Counted from the stretch's first letter, positions 42,124 through 54,630 are shown. The stretch is 64,000 nucleotides of DNA from Thermodesulfobacteriota bacterium (GCA_965206175.1 CBDBJA010000004.1:82414-146413); one strand, 5' to 3'. The notes: generated from the letters alone by a model not told the origin. Translations and numbers: made by a program.

Positions 42124-43503
42124 ATGCCCGAAGGACAGCAGATAAAAATCAAAAAAGGCGGAACACTTGAAGTTCCCGACAATCCCGTAATACCTTTCAT
42201 TGAAGGAGACGGCACCGGACCCGACATTTGGAAATCCTCACAGCATGTGTTTGATTCGGCGGTTGAACGGGCTTACGGCGGAAGCAAAAAAATTGCCTGG
42301 CTTGAGGTGCTCGCCGGAGAAAAAGCTTTTAACGAAACGGGAAACTGGCTTCCCGAAGAAACGGTTGAGGCGTTCCGCAAATACTTTGTCGGAATCAAGG
42401 GTCCGCTCACAACCCCGATTGGCGGCGGAATAAGGAGTCTGAATGTCGCCCTGAGACAGATGCTTGACCTTTATGTGTGCCTGCGTCCGGTGAAATGGTA
42501 TGCGGGTGTTCCAAGTCCGGTGAAAAAACCCCAAGATGTTGACATGGTGATTTTCCGGGAGAACTCCGAAGACATTTACGCGGGAATTGAATGGAAAGCG
42601 CAGAGTCCGGAAGCGAAAAAAATCATCAATTTCATGCGCCGGGAAATGGGAGTGGAAAAAATCCGTTTTCCGGAAACTTCGGGAATCGGAATCAAACCGG
42701 TTTCACAGGAAGGAACATACCGTCTTGTGCGCGCGGCGATTCGCTACGCGCTGGATGAGGGGCGCAAAAACGTCTGCTTTGTGCACAAAGGAAACATAAT
42801 GAAATTCACCGAGGGCTCTTTCAAAGATTGGGGCTATGAGTTGGCGGTTTCCGAGTTCCGCAACGAGGTTGTGACGGAAAGAGAGAGCTGGATACTGGAC
42901 AACAAGGACAGGAAAGCGGACATCAGCTCCGAAGACAACGCGAAACAGATAGACCCCGGATATAACATGATGACCGGTTCGCAGAAAGCCGAACTGCTCG
43001 CCGAAGTTGAGGGGGTTGTCAACTCAATATACGGTTCCCACGGAAACGGAAAATACAAAAACAAGCTTCTGATTAAGGACGCAATAGCGGACATAACGCT
43101 TCAGCAGGTTCTCACAAGAGCCAAAGAGTTTGATGTCATAGCGACCATGAACCTTAACGGAGACTACCTTTCAGACGCCCTCGCCGCTCAAGTCGGGGGA
43201 ATCGGCATCGCCCCCGGAGCAAATATAAACTACGAAACCGGTCACGGAATCTTTGAGGCGACTCACGGAACCGCGCCCAAATACGCCGGACAGGACAAAG
43301 TGAACCCCAGTTCGGTCATTCTTTCGGGAGTCATGATGTTCCGCCATCTCGGCTGGGATGAAGTTGCCAGTCTGATTGAAAAGGGCATAGCAAAATCAAT
43401 TGAGAAAAAAACGGTAACTTACGATTTTGAACGGCTGATGGAAGGCGCGACTCTTTTGAAATGCAGCGAGTTCGGAAACGCCATAGTTGAAAACATGGAA
43501 TGA
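42124..43503 (+). CDS. icd: NADP-dependent isocitrate dehydrogenase
   Basis: Very close to E. coli Icd by eye ([65 protein letters not shown]). It carries an extra internal segment. Confidence 0.95.
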   Translation: MPEGQQIKIKKGGTLEVPDNPVIPFIEGDGTGPDIWKSSQHVFDSAVERAYGGSKKIAWLEVLAGEKAFNETGNWLPEETVEAFRKYFVGIKGPLTTPIGGGIRSLNVALRQMLDLYVCLRPVKWYAGVPSPVKKPQDVDMVIFRENSEDIYAGIEWKAQSPEAKKIINFMRREMGVEKIRFPETSGIGIKPVSQEGTYRLVRAAIRYALDEGRKNVCFVHKGNIMKFTEGSFKDWGYELAVSEFRNEVVTERESWILDNKDRKADISSEDNAKQIDPGYNMMTGSQKAELLAEVEGVVNSIYGSHGNGKYKNKLLIKDAIADITLQQVLTRAKEFDVIATMNLNGDYLSDALAAQVGGIGIAPGANINYETGHGIFEATHGTAPKYAGQDKVNPSSVILSGVMMFRHLGWDEVASLIEKGIAKSIEKKTVTYDFERLMEGATLLKCSEFGNAIVENME

Positions 43504-43522
43504 GAAAACAAAAGTGGAAAAA

Positions 43523-44464
43523 ATGACATCAAGACCCAAAATCTCCGTAATCGGCGCCGGCAATGTCGGAGCGACCGCCGCCATAAGAATCGCCGAACTT
43601 GAACTGGGCGATGTGACGGTGGTTGACATCGTTGAGGATATGCCTCAGGGAAAAGCTCTGGACATGATGCAGATGTGCGCCGTTCTGGGAGTTGATGTGA
43701 AGATTTGCGGAAGCAACGGATACGATGAAACCGCAAACTCGGACATTGTAATCATCACATCGGGCATTGCCAGAAAACCGGGCATGAGCAGGGACGACCT
43801 TGTTGCCACAAACACAAAAATTGTTCGGCAAGTGGTCACTCAAGTTGCCGAAAAATCCCCGAACGCCATTCTCATCCTTGTAACAAACCCGCTTGATGCA
43901 ATGGTTTATGTCGCGCACAAGACAAGCGGATTTCCCAAGCGGCGCGTCATGGGAATGGCGGGCGTTCTTGATTCGGCGCGATTCAAAACCTTCATATCTT
44001 CGGAGCTGGGCGTTTCGGTTGAAAGCATAAACGCTTTTGTGCTCGGCGGACACGGAGACGACATGGTGCCGCTTGCCCGCTACACAACGGTTGCGGGAAT
44101 TCCGCTTGTTGACATTCTCCCGCCGGAGAAAATAGACGCTTTAACGGAGAGAACCCGCAAGGGCGGAGCGGAAATAGTGAAGCTGCTGAAAACGGGAAGC
44201 GCGTTTTACGCCCCCGGAGCGTCCGCGGCTCTGATGGCGGAAGCGATTATAAAAGACAAAAAACTGATACTTCCCTGCTGCGTGCTCGCCGAAGGGGAAT
44301 ACGGAATTGACGGAATTTTCACGGGGCTTCCCGTCAAGCTCGGAGCGGGCGGGGCGGAAGAGATAGTTGAGATAGAACTGACCGACGGGGAATCGGAAGA
44401 CCTTCGGCTTTCCGCGTCAAGGGTAAAAGAGTTGTGCGATAAAACGGATGAAATTGCAGGTTGA
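43523..44464 (+). CDS. mdh: malate dehydrogenase (LDH-like family)
   Basis: [36 protein letters not shown] and GGHGD. Confidence 0.9.
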   Translation: MTSRPKISVIGAGNVGATAAIRIAELELGDVTVVDIVEDMPQGKALDMMQMCAVLGVDVKICGSNGYDETANSDIVIITSGIARKPGMSRDDLVATNTKIVRQVVTQVAEKSPNAILILVTNPLDAMVYVAHKTSGFPKRRVMGMAGVLDSARFKTFISSELGVSVESINAFVLGGHGDDMVPLARYTTVAGIPLVDILPPEKIDALTERTRKGGAEIVKLLKTGSAFYAPGASAALMAEAIIKDKKLILPCCVLAEGEYGIDGIFTGLPVKLGAGGAEEIVEIELTDGESEDLRLSASRVKELCDKTDEIAG

Positions 44465-45143
44465 TAAAGTGTCATCCGTATTAAAAAAAATTCTGAACGG
44501 ACTCACCGGCATGGGGCTTATCTTTTTTGTCTCAGTGCATCTGCTCGGAAACCTGACACTGTTCAGCGATGATTCAGTCCTTTTCAATTCCTACGCAAAG
44601 TATCTCCACGGGCTGGGATGGCTTCTCACTTTTATTGAAATAGGGCTGCTCATTCTGTTCTCCGCTCACATAATCAGTTCCGTTGTCGTTACAATCGGCA
44701 ACAGAAAAGCCCGTCGTGAAAAATACAGGGCGGGAACAAGCGGGAGAGCAACCGCTACAAATCCGGCGGTTTCAAAAAACATGATCTACACGGGCATCGC
44801 GCTGGGAGCGTTTGTGGTGTGGCATGTCATCTCTTTCAGGTTCGGTCCCGGAATTGCCGAAGGATACGCAACGGAGATTAACGGTGAAATCTCAAGAGAC
44901 CTCTACGCGGTGGTCTATGATTTCTTTCAAAACCCTCTCCATGTTGTCTTATACACGGCGGCAATGGTTTTTCTCGGATTCCACTTGCGCCATGGTTACT
45001 GGAGCGCGTTTCAGTCAGTCGGGGCGGTGAATAAAAAATACATGCCCGCGCTGAAAGTAACGGGCTATGTTTTTGCGGTCGTTTTGTCGTTTGGATTTTT
45101 ACTGATACCCGTATGGATATACTTTTCGGAATGGGGAGGATAA
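44448..45143 (+). CDS. sdhC: succinate dehydrogenase/fumarate reductase cytochrome b subunit (b558-type)
   Basis: About five TM segments with conserved His (VHLLGNL, SAHII, WHV, GFHLRHG), directly upstream of sdhA. The start may be GTG 44469 rather than ATG 44448. Confidence 0.75.
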   Translation: MKLQVDKVSSVLKKILNGLTGMGLIFFVSVHLLGNLTLFSDDSVLFNSYAKYLHGLGWLLTFIEIGLLILFSAHIISSVVVTIGNRKARREKYRAGTSGRATATNPAVSKNMIYTGIALGAFVVWHVISFRFGPGIAEGYATEINGEISRDLYAVVYDFFQNPLHVVLYTAAMVFLGFHLRHGYWSAFQSVGAVNKKYMPALKVTGYVFAVVLSFGFLLIPVWIYFSEWGG

Positions 45144-45149
45144 GCGTCA

Positions 45150-47060
45150 ATGTCTTTTAACGCAAAAGTTCCCGAAGGCGGACTTGAAGAAAAATGGACG
45201 AAATACAAATCCAATGTAAAACTGGTCAATCCGGCGAACAAGCGCGGTTTTGAAGTTATTGTTGTCGGCAGCGGACTTGCCGGAGCGTCCGCATCGGCAT
45301 CGCTTGCGGAACTGGGATACAAGGTAACGAACATCTGCATACAGGACTCTCCGCGAAGAGCTCACAGCGTTGCGGCTCAGGGCGGAATAAATGCGGCAAA
45401 AAACTATCAAAACGATGGAGACAGCGTCTGGCGCCTTTTCTACGACACGATAAAAGGCGGAGATTACAGGGCGAGAGAAGCGAATGTCTATCGGCTCGCC
45501 GAGATAAGCTCGGGCATCATAGACCAGTGCGCCGCGCAGGGAGTACCTTTCGCAAGAGACTACGGGGGAATGCTTGAGAACCGCTCTTTCGGAGGGGCGC
45601 AAGTGTCCAGAACTTTTTATGCGCGCGGGCAGACCGGACAGCAGCTGCTTATCGGCGCTTACGGAGCGCTTATGCGTCAGGTGGACAAGGGGGGTGTTGA
45701 GATTGTTCCGATGAGGGAAATGCTTGACCTTGTTGTTATTGACGGCAAAGCGCGGGGAGTGGTGTGCAGAAATCTTGTAAACGGAGCCGTGGAGTCTTAC
45801 GGAGCCGATGCGGTTGTTCTTGCAACGGGCGGATACGGCAACATCTACTACTTGTCCACAAACGGCAGAAACTCCAACGCAACGGCGGCTTGGCGCTGCC
45901 ATAAAAAAGGCGCTCTTTTTGCCAATCCCTGCTTCACTCAGATACATCCCACCTGTATTCCGGTGTCGGGCGACCATCAGTCAAAACTGACTCTGATGAG
46001 CGAAAGTCTCAGAAACGACGGAAGGGTGTGGGTTCCGAAAACCAAAGGCGACACAAGAAAACCGGATGAAATCCCCGAAGATGAAAGAGACTACTACCTT
46101 GAGAGAAGATATCCCGCATTCGGAAATCTTGTGCCGAGAGATGTGGCGTCAAGAGCGGCAAAACTTGTATGCGATGAAGGCGGGGGAGTCGGCGAAACCG
46201 GACTTGCGGTCTATCTGGATTTCGCGTCCGCAATAGAGCGGCTCGGAGAGAATGCGGTAAAAGACAAATACGGAAACCTTTTTGACATATACCGGAAAAT
46301 CACCGACGAAAATCCCTACAAAGTTCCGATGAGAATATATCCCGCCGTCCACTACTGCATGGGCGGACTGTGGGTTGACTACGGACTGATGAGCACAATT
46401 CCGGGTCTTTTTGTTCTCGGAGAAGCGAATTTCTCCGACCACGGAGCAAACCGCCTCGGCGCAAGCGCGTTGATGCAGGGTCTTGCGGACGGCTATTTTA
46501 TAATCCCCTACACGATAGGCGAATACTTTGCGGGAACGGAGTTGTCAAAAATCGGCGCGGATATGCCGGAATTCAAGAGGAGCGAGGAGGAAGTGAGAGA
46601 AAACACCCGGAAACTGCTTTCCATAAAAGGCAATCAGACTGTTCTGGAGTTTCACCGCAAACTCGGAAAAATCATGTGGGACTATGTGGGAATGTCCAGA
46701 AGCAAAGAGGGGCTGAACCATGCCCTTCAAGCGATTCCCGCTCTGAAGGAAGAGTTTTGGAACAGTGTAACGGTTCCCGAAGACGCGGAAACGATAAACA
46801 AAAACCTTGAGATGGCTTCCAGAGTCGCCGATTTTCTTGAACTTGGCGAACTTATGGCGAAAGACGCCCTTGACAGGGAAGAATCGTGCGGCGGACATTT
46901 TAGGGAAGAGTATCAGACCAAAGAGGGAGAGGCGTTGAGGAAAGATGAGGAATACTCTTATGTGTCCGCGTGGAAAAACAACAACGGCGGACAGGCGGAA
47001 CTTCAAAAAGAAAATCTTGACTTTGAGTTTGTGAAACCGACTACGAGAAGTTACAAGTAA
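45150..47060 (+). CDS. sdhA: succinate dehydrogenase/fumarate reductase flavoprotein subunit
   Basis: [11 protein letters not shown], the [17 protein letters not shown]-attachment His region and HYCMGG. Confidence 0.95.
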   Translation: MSFNAKVPEGGLEEKWTKYKSNVKLVNPANKRGFEVIVVGSGLAGASASASLAELGYKVTNICIQDSPRRAHSVAAQGGINAAKNYQNDGDSVWRLFYDTIKGGDYRAREANVYRLAEISSGIIDQCAAQGVPFARDYGGMLENRSFGGAQVSRTFYARGQTGQQLLIGAYGALMRQVDKGGVEIVPMREMLDLVVIDGKARGVVCRNLVNGAVESYGADAVVLATGGYGNIYYLSTNGRNSNATAAWRCHKKGALFANPCFTQIHPTCIPVSGDHQSKLTLMSESLRNDGRVWVPKTKGDTRKPDEIPEDERDYYLERRYPAFGNLVPRDVASRAAKLVCDEGGGVGETGLAVYLDFASAIERLGENAVKDKYGNLFDIYRKITDENPYKVPMRIYPAVHYCMGGLWVDYGLMSTIPGLFVLGEANFSDHGANRLGASALMQGLADGYFIIPYTIGEYFAGTELSKIGADMPEFKRSEEEVRENTRKLLSIKGNQTVLEFHRKLGKIMWDYVGMSRSKEGLNHALQAIPALKEEFWNSVTVPEDAETINKNLEMASRVADFLELGELMAKDALDREESCGGHFREEYQTKEGEALRKDEEYSYVSAWKNNNGGQAELQKENLDFEFVKPTTRSYK

Positions 47061-47331
47061 AACTTGATACGACCGCTGAAAAAATGCGGTGACACGCGCA
47101 CAGCGGAATGCCGGGAATCAAATCCGCCATATCGGGAACGAAATCTTAAAGCGGTGCGGTTTGTGACAAGAGTCTTGATACTGTTTGACAAAACAGCCCT
47201 GATTTGCAAAAACAGTTTATAAAGCGGGGATAATTTCCCGCTCCGGTCAATTTACAATATCTCGTTTTTAATGTAAATTTGCCATTCAGGACTTCCGTTT
47301 TCGCGGCAACAACTGAAGATAGTGGAAACGA

Positions 47332-48105
47332 ATGAAATCTCCAATGTCTGAAAACATAAAAACAATGGATCTTACCCTTATGGTCTGGCGGCAAAAAGAC
47401 TCGCAATCCGCCGGATCCATGGAGCGTTACGAGGCAGGTGGCGTATTGCCCGACATGTCTTTCCTTGAGATGCTGGATGTTGTGAACGAAGGTTTGATTA
47501 AACGGGGCGAAACCCCGATCGCTTTTGACAGCGACTGCCGTGAGGGAATCTGCGGAACCTGCGGGCTTACAATCAACGGCGCGGCTCACGGGCCCGAAGC
47601 GGCTACCACTGTGTGTCAACTGCACATGAGACACTTCAGCGACGGAAACACAATATTTATTGAACCGTTCCGGGCAACCGCTTTTCCGGTTCAGAAAGAT
47701 CTTGTTGTTGACAGAAGCGCGTTTGACAGGATTGTCAGCGCGGGCGGATACATTTCGGTAAACACCGGAAGCGCGCCCAACGCAAACGATATTCCGGTTC
47801 CCAAGGATATTGCGGACGAGGCGATGGATTCGGCGGAATGCATAGGATGCGGCGCGTGCGTGGCGGCTTGCCCGAACGCTTCCGCTTCGCTTTTTACCTC
47901 GGCAAAAATATCCCATCTGGGCATTTTGCCGCAAGGAATGCCCGAAGCGGCGAGAAGAGTCTCAAGAATGGTTGAACAGATGGATGCCGAAGGTTTCGGC
48001 AACTGTTCAAACCATGCGGAATGTGAAGCCGTGTGTCCGAAAGAAATCTCAATCACCAACATAGCAAGAATGAAAAGGGACTGGATAAAGTCCGCAATAA
48101 AATAA
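47332..48105 (+). CDS. sdhB: succinate dehydrogenase/fumarate reductase iron-sulfur subunit
   Basis: Cys clusters [21 protein letters not shown] and [12 protein letters not shown]. The start is ATG 47332 or ATG 47365. Confidence 0.9.
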   Translation: MKSPMSENIKTMDLTLMVWRQKDSQSAGSMERYEAGGVLPDMSFLEMLDVVNEGLIKRGETPIAFDSDCREGICGTCGLTINGAAHGPEAATTVCQLHMRHFSDGNTIFIEPFRATAFPVQKDLVVDRSAFDRIVSAGGYISVNTGSAPNANDIPVPKDIADEAMDSAECIGCGACVAACPNASASLFTSAKISHLGILPQGMPEAARRVSRMVEQMDAEGFGNCSNHAECEAVCPKEISITNIARMKRDWIKSAIK

Positions 48106-48124
48106 CCAAAGGGAGAAACTAACC

Positions 48125-49288
48125 TTGAACCTTCATGAGTATCAGTCAAAAGAGTTGCTTTCAAAATACGGAGTGCCGGTTCCGCTTGGAAAAGTGGCGA
48201 CCACCGCGGAGGAAGCGCGGAAACATGCCGAGAGCATGAAATTTGAAAAGTTTGTCATCAAAGCGCAGGTGCTTGCCGGAGGCAGGGGAAAAGCGGGCGG
48301 AATAAAAATCGCACAAACCCCGGAAGAGGCGGAGAAAATCAGTTCCGAAATGCTCGGAATGAAACTTGTTACGCATCAGACGGGGCCGGAAGGAAAGATA
48401 GTTCACAGCGTTCTGGTTGAAGAGCCGTCGGAAATAGCCCACGAATTCTATCTTGGCATTGTTTCAGACCGCTCAAGCGAGCGGGATGTTGTGATGGCAA
48501 GCGCGGAGGGCGGGGTGGAAATTGAGGAAGTTGCCGCAAAAACCCCCGAAAAAATCATCAAAGAATTTATTGACCCGACAATCGGCATCCAGCCGTTTCA
48601 GTGCAGGCGAATCGCATACGGGCTTGGACTTAAAGGCAAAACAGTGAACAAAGCGGTCGGGTTTATCATGAATCTCTACAAACTGTACGCGGAAAACGAC
48701 TGCTCAATCGCGGAGATAAACCCTCTTGTCCTTACGAAAAAAGACGAACTCACGGCGCTTGACTGCAAACTCAATCTTGACGACAACGCCCTTTACAGAC
48801 ACAAATCTCTTGAAGAAATGCGCGACACAAGAGATGAAAACCCCCTTGATGTTGAAGCGAGGGAAGTGGGAATCAGTTTTGTCAAAATGGAGGGAAACAT
48901 CGGGTGTCTTGTCAACGGAGCGGGGCTTGCAATGGCTACGATGGACATTATCAAATATTACGGCGGAGAGCCGGCGAACTTTCTTGATGTCGGCGGGGGA
49001 GCAAGCACGGAACAGGTAACAAAAGCGTTTAAGATGATTCTGAGCGACAAAAATGTAAAGTCGGTTCTGGTCAACATATTCGGCGGCATAATGAAGTGTG
49101 ATGTTATAGCGGAAGGAATAATCACCGCCGCAAAAGAGGTGGGAATCAATGTCCCGCTTGTTGTGCGTCTTGAAGGCACAAATGTTGAACTCGGCAGAAA
49201 AATGCTTGCGGAATCGGGGCTGAACATAACAACCGGAGCGGATATGAAAGAAGCCGCTGAAAAAGCGGTTGCCATGGTATCGGGATAA
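48125..49288 (+). CDS. sucC: succinyl-CoA synthetase beta subunit
   Basis: (M)[35 protein letters not shown] and EINPL. TTG start after AGGGAG. It is full length (387 aa). Confidence 0.95.
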   Translation: MNLHEYQSKELLSKYGVPVPLGKVATTAEEARKHAESMKFEKFVIKAQVLAGGRGKAGGIKIAQTPEEAEKISSEMLGMKLVTHQTGPEGKIVHSVLVEEPSEIAHEFYLGIVSDRSSERDVVMASAEGGVEIEEVAAKTPEKIIKEFIDPTIGIQPFQCRRIAYGLGLKGKTVNKAVGFIMNLYKLYAENDCSIAEINPLVLTKKDELTALDCKLNLDDNALYRHKSLEEMRDTRDENPLDVEAREVGISFVKMEGNIGCLVNGAGLAMATMDIIKYYGGEPANFLDVGGGASTEQVTKAFKMILSDKNVKSVLVNIFGGIMKCDVIAEGIITAAKEVGINVPLVVRLEGTNVELGRKMLAESGLNITTGADMKEAAEKAVAMVSG

Positions 49289-49316
49289 CCTGCCACGGAA
49301 AACACAATTTTGATAA

Positions 49317-49348
49317 ATCAATTGCGCCCGCTTGCGCGCGCAATTGAT
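49317..49348. repeat. perfect 11-bp-stem inverted repeat (atcaattgcgc / gcgcaattgat)
   Basis: Hand-indexed; the loop is ccgcttgcgc. It lies 29 nt after the sucC stop and no U-tract follows. Confidence 0.7.
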
Positions 49349-49523
49349 GCAAATCCGGGAAACACCTCGCATAAACTGACGGAATATATGCGCTTTCATG
49401 CCCTAACAAGGCAACAAAACACTTTAGAATTTAATTGAAGTTTATGACTTAAACAACTGTGAAAGAAAGAATTACCGTTGTTTTTCTAAAAACAGTTTCT
49501 TTATAAAATACCGCCTTTGTTTC

Positions 49524-49551
49524 TTGACACTCCGCTTGTTGTGTTTATTTT
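49524..49551 (+). promoter_or_regulatory. candidate sigma70-type promoter upstream of rpoH
   Basis: TTGACA (49524-49529), a 16-nt spacer, then TATTTT (49546-49551), about 20 nt upstream of the rpoH ATG. Confidence 0.35.
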
Positions 49552-49572
49552 GAGTGGCGGAAGGAAAACGGC

Positions 49573-50439
49573 ATGAAAGAAATAGCGACAAGTTCAAATA
49601 TCGGAGCGTTCCTGAGAGATATTGAGCGCCATCCGTTGCTGAGCAGGGAAGAAGAGTTTGACCTTGCCGTAAGGCACAGGGAAACCGGCGACCTTGAAGC
49701 GGCGCGTATGCTTGTAACTTCAAATCTGCGTTTTGTGGTGCGAATTGCCAAACAATACACGGCTTACGGAACGTCTTTGCTCGACCTTATCCAGGAAGGG
49801 TCAATCGGTCTTATGACGGCTGTAAAGAAGTTCAATCCGCATCGTGGCTACAGACTTATCTCATACGCAATATGGTGGATAAAGGCGCGGATACACGAGC
49901 ACATTATGCGGTTTTGGAGCAGCGTGAGGATAGGGGGCAGCCGCAAAGAGAGAAAGCTGTTTCATAAAACTGCGGGGGCGCTGAGAAAAAGCCATGGGCT
50001 TTCGGGCGCCGAGAGAAAAGCGGAACTTGAAAAGTTATCCGAGACTCTGGGCGTCAGTTCACAAGACATATCGGAGATGGAGATGAGAACTTCGTCAAGG
50101 GACTTCTCGCTTGACGCGGATATCCAAGGTGAAGGCGCGGACGGATCTTCCCTTATTCAACTTGTCGCCGATGCGACGCCTTCACAAGAGACTGTTCTGG
50201 CGGAAAGGCAAAGCGGGGAGACGGAGAGGGCTGCTTTGAAGAAAGCCATCAGGGAAACCCTTAACGAGCGGGAGAGGAAAATTCTTGCATCCCGTTTTAT
50301 GGCTGACACTCCGGCGAAACTTGAGGACTTGGGCGGCAAATTCGGAATATCGGCGGAGAGAGTAAGGCAGATAGAAAGCGGGGCGATCTCCAAACTCAGG
50401 AGGTCGGCGGCGGTTAACAGGGCGAAAGAACTCATATAA
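49573..50439 (+). CDS. rpoH: RNA polymerase sigma-32 (heat-shock) factor
   Basis: It has sigma70-family regions 2 and 4 ([40 protein letters not shown]). An RpoH-box-like RKERKLFHK and a C-terminal HTH ([16 protein letters not shown]) are also present. Confidence 0.8.
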   Translation: MKEIATSSNIGAFLRDIERHPLLSREEEFDLAVRHRETGDLEAARMLVTSNLRFVVRIAKQYTAYGTSLLDLIQEGSIGLMTAVKKFNPHRGYRLISYAIWWIKARIHEHIMRFWSSVRIGGSRKERKLFHKTAGALRKSHGLSGAERKAELEKLSETLGVSSQDISEMEMRTSSRDFSLDADIQGEGADGSSLIQLVADATPSQETVLAERQSGETERAALKKAIRETLNERERKILASRFMADTPAKLEDLGGKFGISAERVRQIESGAISKLRRSAAVNRAKELI

Positions 50440-50456
50440 AAAACCGGAGGAAATTA

Positions 50457-52379
50457 ATGTCAAAAATAATCGGAATAGACCTTGGGACAACAAATTCGGT
50501 TGTCTCAATAGTGGAAAGCGGAGAGGCGAAAATAATCGTAAACGAGGAAGGGGAGCGCACGACTCCCTCGGTTGTGGCGTTTACAAAGGAAGACGGAGTG
50601 CTTGTCGGCGGTTCCGCAAAAAGGCAGGCGGTTGTCAACCCGGGCAACACTATCTATTCGTCCAAACGTTTGATGGGAAGGCGTATTGACGAGGTTAAAG
50701 ACCTTTCGGACAAACTTCCTTACAATGTTGTTTCATCGCCCGAAGGCAAAGACGCATGGATTGAGATTGAGGGGAAAAAATACTCTCCTCCGCAAATTGC
50801 ATCCCATATCTTGATGAAACTCAAAAAAGCGGCGGAAAGCTATACGGGCTCCGAAGTGAAAGAAGCGGTCATAACGGTTCCGGCATATTTTAACGACAGT
50901 CAGAGACAGGCGACAAAAGACGCGGGGGAAATCGCCGGATTGAAAGTTGACAGGATTATAAACGAGCCGACCGCAGCCGCGCTTGCATACGGATTCAACA
51001 ATCAAAAAGACAGGAAAATTGTGGTTTACGATCTCGGCGGCGGAACTTTTGACATATCCGTTCTTGAAATAAGCGACGGCGTTATAGAGGTGAAATCAAC
51101 CAACGGAGACACCGCTCTGGGAGGCGACGACTTTGACAGACACATCATCGCCTACATTATTGAGGAGTTTAAGAAAGACAGCGGCATAGACCTTTCGGGC
51201 GACAAGATGGCGATTCAGAGGCTCAGAGAGTCCGCGGAGAAAGCAAAGGTGGAACTGTCAAGCAAACTTGAAACCGAGATAAACCTTCCGTTTATTACGG
51301 CGGACTCTTCCGGCGCAAAGCATCTGGTGATGAAAATCACAAGGTCAAAACTGGAACAGCTGATAGAGCCTCTGGTCAAGGGAACACTCAAGCCGTGCGA
51401 ATCGGCTCTTGAGGATTCGGGGTTCAAGGCATCCGACATATCGGAAATTCTGCTGGTGGGCGGTTCCACAAGGATGCCGCTTGTCCAGAAAACGGTAACG
51501 GAATTCTTCGGCAGGGAACCACACAAGGGAATCAACCCCGATGAGGTTGTGGCGATGGGAGCGGCAATTCAGGGAGCGGTGCTCGGCGGGGATGTGAAAG
51601 ACGTTCTGCTTCTGGATGTTAGTCCGCTTTCTCTCGGAATTGAAACGCTAGGCGGTGTTATGACTCCGATAATTGAGGCAAACACAACCATACCCACAAA
51701 GAAAAGCCAGATATTTACAACCGCCGAAGACAACCAGACTCAAGTTGAAATCCATGTCCTTCAGGGAGAAAGGAAAATGTCGGCGGACAACAGAACCCTT
51801 GCCAAATTTATTCTGGACAAAATTCCGCCCGCGCCCAGAGGTCTTCCTCAGGTTGAGGTTTCGTTTGACATAGACGCGGACGGCATTTTGAATGTTTCGG
51901 CAAAAGACAAAGCGACCGACAAAGAGCAGAAAGTCAAAGTTGAAGCGTCAAGCGGACTTTCTCAGGAAGAGATAGAAGCCATGAGAAAAGAAGCGGAGGA
52001 GAAAAGCGAGGAAGACAAAAAGAAACACGAAACCGTTCAGGCAAAAAATCAGCTGGACCAGTTGGTATATTCCACGGAAAAAACCTTTGAAGAACACAAG
52101 GAAAAACTGTCCGAAGAGGAAAGGAAAGGTCTGGAGCAGGCGCTTGAATCGGGAAGGCGGGCGATAAAATCCGACAGTTCCGAGGAAATGGAAAAAGCGT
52201 CCGCCGCCATAACTCAGGCGTCCCACAAACTCGCCGAAATCATGTATAAACAGCAGCAGACAAACAGCGCGGCTCCCGGAGGCGCGGATGCCGGAAGCGG
52301 CGGAAAGCCGGATGAAAAAGGCGGAAAGCCGGACGATGATTCGGGAGAAGTTATAGACGCGGAAATAACAGAAAAATAA
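50457..52379 (+). CDS. dnaK: molecular chaperone DnaK
   Basis: [21 protein letters not shown] and the EEVD-less acidic tail; 640 aa. Confidence 0.98.
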   Translation: MSKIIGIDLGTTNSVVSIVESGEAKIIVNEEGERTTPSVVAFTKEDGVLVGGSAKRQAVVNPGNTIYSSKRLMGRRIDEVKDLSDKLPYNVVSSPEGKDAWIEIEGKKYSPPQIASHILMKLKKAAESYTGSEVKEAVITVPAYFNDSQRQATKDAGEIAGLKVDRIINEPTAAALAYGFNNQKDRKIVVYDLGGGTFDISVLEISDGVIEVKSTNGDTALGGDDFDRHIIAYIIEEFKKDSGIDLSGDKMAIQRLRESAEKAKVELSSKLETEINLPFITADSSGAKHLVMKITRSKLEQLIEPLVKGTLKPCESALEDSGFKASDISEILLVGGSTRMPLVQKTVTEFFGREPHKGINPDEVVAMGAAIQGAVLGGDVKDVLLLDVSPLSLGIETLGGVMTPIIEANTTIPTKKSQIFTTAEDNQTQVEIHVLQGERKMSADNRTLAKFILDKIPPAPRGLPQVEVSFDIDADGILNVSAKDKATDKEQKVKVEASSGLSQEEIEAMRKEAEEKSEEDKKKHETVQAKNQLDQLVYSTEKTFEEHKEKLSEEERKGLEQALESGRRAIKSDSSEEMEKASAAITQASHKLAEIMYKQQQTNSAAPGGADAGSGGKPDEKGGKPDDDSGEVIDAEITEK

Positions 52380-52380
52380 A

Positions 52381-52914
52381 TTGATAAAAACTGTTCAGGG
52401 AAAATCCCCGTTAATACACCCGACCGCCTTCATCGCCGAGCGGGCGGTCATAATCGGGGATGTTACAATCGGCGAGCGGTCAAGTGTCTGGTTCAACACG
52501 GTGGCAAGAGGCGATGTTAACAGTATCAGGATAGGCGACGGCACGAATGTGCAAGACAACTCAATGCTTCATGTAACGACAAACACTCATCCGCTTGAAA
52601 TAGGAGACTGTGTGACAATAGGCCACAGCGCCGTTGTTCACGGATGTTCGGTGGAAAGCGGGGTTCTCATAGGAATGGGGGCAATAGTCCTTGACGGCGC
52701 GGAAATACGGAAAGAATCAATTGTCGGGGCGGGTTCGGTTGTGCCTCCGGGGTTTGTCCTGCCTTCCGGCAAACTGGCGGTCGGCGTCCCGGCAAAAGTG
52801 GTGAGAGACCTCACGGATGAAGAAATAGAAGACATAAAAACCTCCGCCGAAAACTATGTAAAAAATTCAAGGATCTATATGCAAGACGGGTTTGCTCAAA
52901 AGATAAAAAAATGA
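52381..52914 (+). CDS. gamma-carbonic-anhydrase-like left-handed beta-helix (hexapeptide) protein
   Basis: IGDVTIGERSSVWFNTVARGDVNSIRIGDGTNVQDNSMLH is typical of the YrdA/PaaY-like LbH family. TTG start. Confidence 0.8.
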   Translation: MIKTVQGKSPLIHPTAFIAERAVIIGDVTIGERSSVWFNTVARGDVNSIRIGDGTNVQDNSMLHVTTNTHPLEIGDCVTIGHSAVVHGCSVESGVLIGMGAIVLDGAEIRKESIVGAGSVVPPGFVLPSGKLAVGVPAKVVRDLTDEEIEDIKTSAENYVKNSRIYMQDGFAQKIKK

Positions 52915-53561
52915 CTTCAGAAAAAAAACAGAAAAACGGCGCGGAAACAAACAGCCCCGAAGTGAAAGAGGAAAAATCGCCCGCCGCTCAGACCGGCGAA
53001 CAGGCGATGAAAAACTCTCCCGAACACGACGGCGCCCCGGGGGAAAACAAACCTGAAAGCGCGGAAAACTTTGAAGAAAAACACAACATTCTGAATGACA
53101 AGTTTCTGCGTCTTGCGGCTGAATTTGACAATTACAAGAAACGGGCGGAAAAAGAGAAACAGCAGGCTCAAGTCGCGGGAATGAGGGAAATGACATCTTC
53201 AATTTTCCAGACATTGGACAGTTTGGAGCTTGCGCTCCGGCACGGTTCGCAGTCGGAAGTTGACGGCGAGGGGCTTATACGCGGGGTTCGGCTTACTTAT
53301 GAGCAGTCGGTCTCGCAGTTGAAAAATTTTGGCATAGTCCAGCTGTCAGCCGAAGTCGGAGAAAAATTTAATCCCGCCTTGCATCAGGCGATAGAGAACA
53401 GGCCGTCCGAAGATGTGAATGAGGGTCACATAGCGCAGGAAATAGCAAAGGGATATACCGCCGGAGAAACTTTGATTCGTCCCGTTGTTGTCGCGGTGTC
53501 GTCCGGTCCCGAAAAGGAATCACCGGAAAAACCTTCCGGAGATAAAAAACGGGAACAGTAA
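52911..53561 (+). CDS. grpE: nucleotide exchange factor GrpE
   Basis: [16 protein letters not shown] and the C-terminal [14 protein letters not shown]. Confidence 0.9.
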   Translation: MTSEKKQKNGAETNSPEVKEEKSPAAQTGEQAMKNSPEHDGAPGENKPESAENFEEKHNILNDKFLRLAAEFDNYKKRAEKEKQQAQVAGMREMTSSIFQTLDSLELALRHGSQSEVDGEGLIRGVRLTYEQSVSQLKNFGIVQLSAEVGEKFNPALHQAIENRPSEDVNEGHIAQEIAKGYTAGETLIRPVVVAVSSGPEKESPEKPSGDKKREQ

Positions 53562-53562
53562 A

Positions 53563-54630
53563 ATGGCGAAAAGAGACTACTACGAAGTGCTCGGCGTTTC
53601 GCGCGGCGCCGGAGAGGATGAAATCAAGAAAGCGTACAAGAAACTCGCCCTCAAACACCATCCCGATAGAAATAAAGACAAGGCGAAAGCCGAGGAAAAA
53701 TTCAAGGAAATCAACGAAGCGTATCAGGTTCTTTCCGACAAAAGGAAAAGGGCTCAATACGACAGTTTCGGGCATGCGACCGGAGCGGGTTCGCCTTCTG
53801 ACTTTGGGGAGGGATTTGGCGGAGAGGGAAGAGGCGGAGGATTTGGCGATCTCAGCGGGCTTTTCGGCGACCTCTTTGACGATGTTTTTTCGGGAGGAAT
53901 GGGCGGAAGAAGAGGCGCGGGCAGGGGGCAAGACCTCATTCTTGACCTTGCCATTTCTTTTGAAGACGCTGCGTTCGGCTGCAAAAAAGAAGTGGAAATT
54001 CCGAGAACGGTTCAATGCGGGAAGTGCGGCGGCAAAGGAGGAAACAAGACGGTCACATGCGACCAGTGCGGGGGCAGCGGAAAGCGGGATTATTCGCAGG
54101 GGTTCTTCTCCATAAGCCAGACTTGCAGAGGTTGCGGAGGAAGCGGGAGGCTGATAACAGACCCGTGCGGAAATTGTCGCGGAGCGGGGGCTGTGAGGGA
54201 TGTAAGCAAAGTGAATGTGTCAATACCCGCCGGTGTTGACAGCGGAACCCGGCTGAGAATCAAAGGCGAGGGGCAGGCGTCCGCAAGTGGCGGGGGAATG
54301 AACGGCGACCTCTACATAAGGTGCATAGTGGCGGAGCACGACTATTTCAGAAGGGAAGGGGCGAACCTTTTTTGCGATGCGCGGATAAACTTCATACAGG
54401 CAATCAAAGGCGATGAGATATCAATACCGTCTTTGAAGGGGAAGGGTATCAATTTCAAAGTTCCGGGCGGCACTCAGCCGGGAACTTTGCTGCGTCTCAG
54501 GGAAAAGGGAATTGCAGACATGAGCAGAGGCGGCATGGGAGACCTGTTCGTAACCGTCAAAGTGGAAATACCGAAAAAACTGTCGGCAAAACAGAAAAAA
54601 CTTATTGAGCAGATTGAAAAGGAATTTTAA
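53563..54630 (+). CDS. dnaJ: molecular chaperone DnaJ
   Basis: J-domain [33 protein letters not shown], a G/F region and four CxxCxGxG repeats. Confidence 0.97.
   Translation: MAKRDYYEVLGVSRGAGEDEIKKAYKKLALKHHPDRNKDKAKAEEKFKEINEAYQVLSDKRKRAQYDSFGHATGAGSPSDFGEGFGGEGRGGGFGDLSGLFGDLFDDVFSGGMGGRRGAGRGQDLILDLAISFEDAAFGCKKEVEIPRTVQCGKCGGKGGNKTVTCDQCGGSGKRDYSQGFFSISQTCRGCGGSGRLITDPCGNCRGAGAVRDVSKVNVSIPAGVDSGTRLRIKGEGQASASGGGMNGDLYIRCIVAEHDYFRREGANLFCDARINFIQAIKGDEISIPSLKGKGINFKVPGGTQPGTLLRLREKGIADMSRGGMGDLFVTVKVEIPKKLSAKQKKLIEQIEKEF

Noticed and set aside
45147-49399. Several 150-280-aa minus-strand ORFs (45147..45977, 47146..47934, 47691..48164, 48704..49399).
   Set aside because: All lie opposite strongly supported sdhA, sdhB and sucC. 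They are shadow ORFs in GC-biased coding sequence.
49524-49560. CIRCE-like heat-shock operator: CACTC ... GAGTG inverted repeat upstream of rpoH-dnaK.
   Set aside because: Only 5 bp match per arm and the spacing is 19 nt rather than 9. It does not fit TTAGCACTC-N9-GAGTGCTAA.
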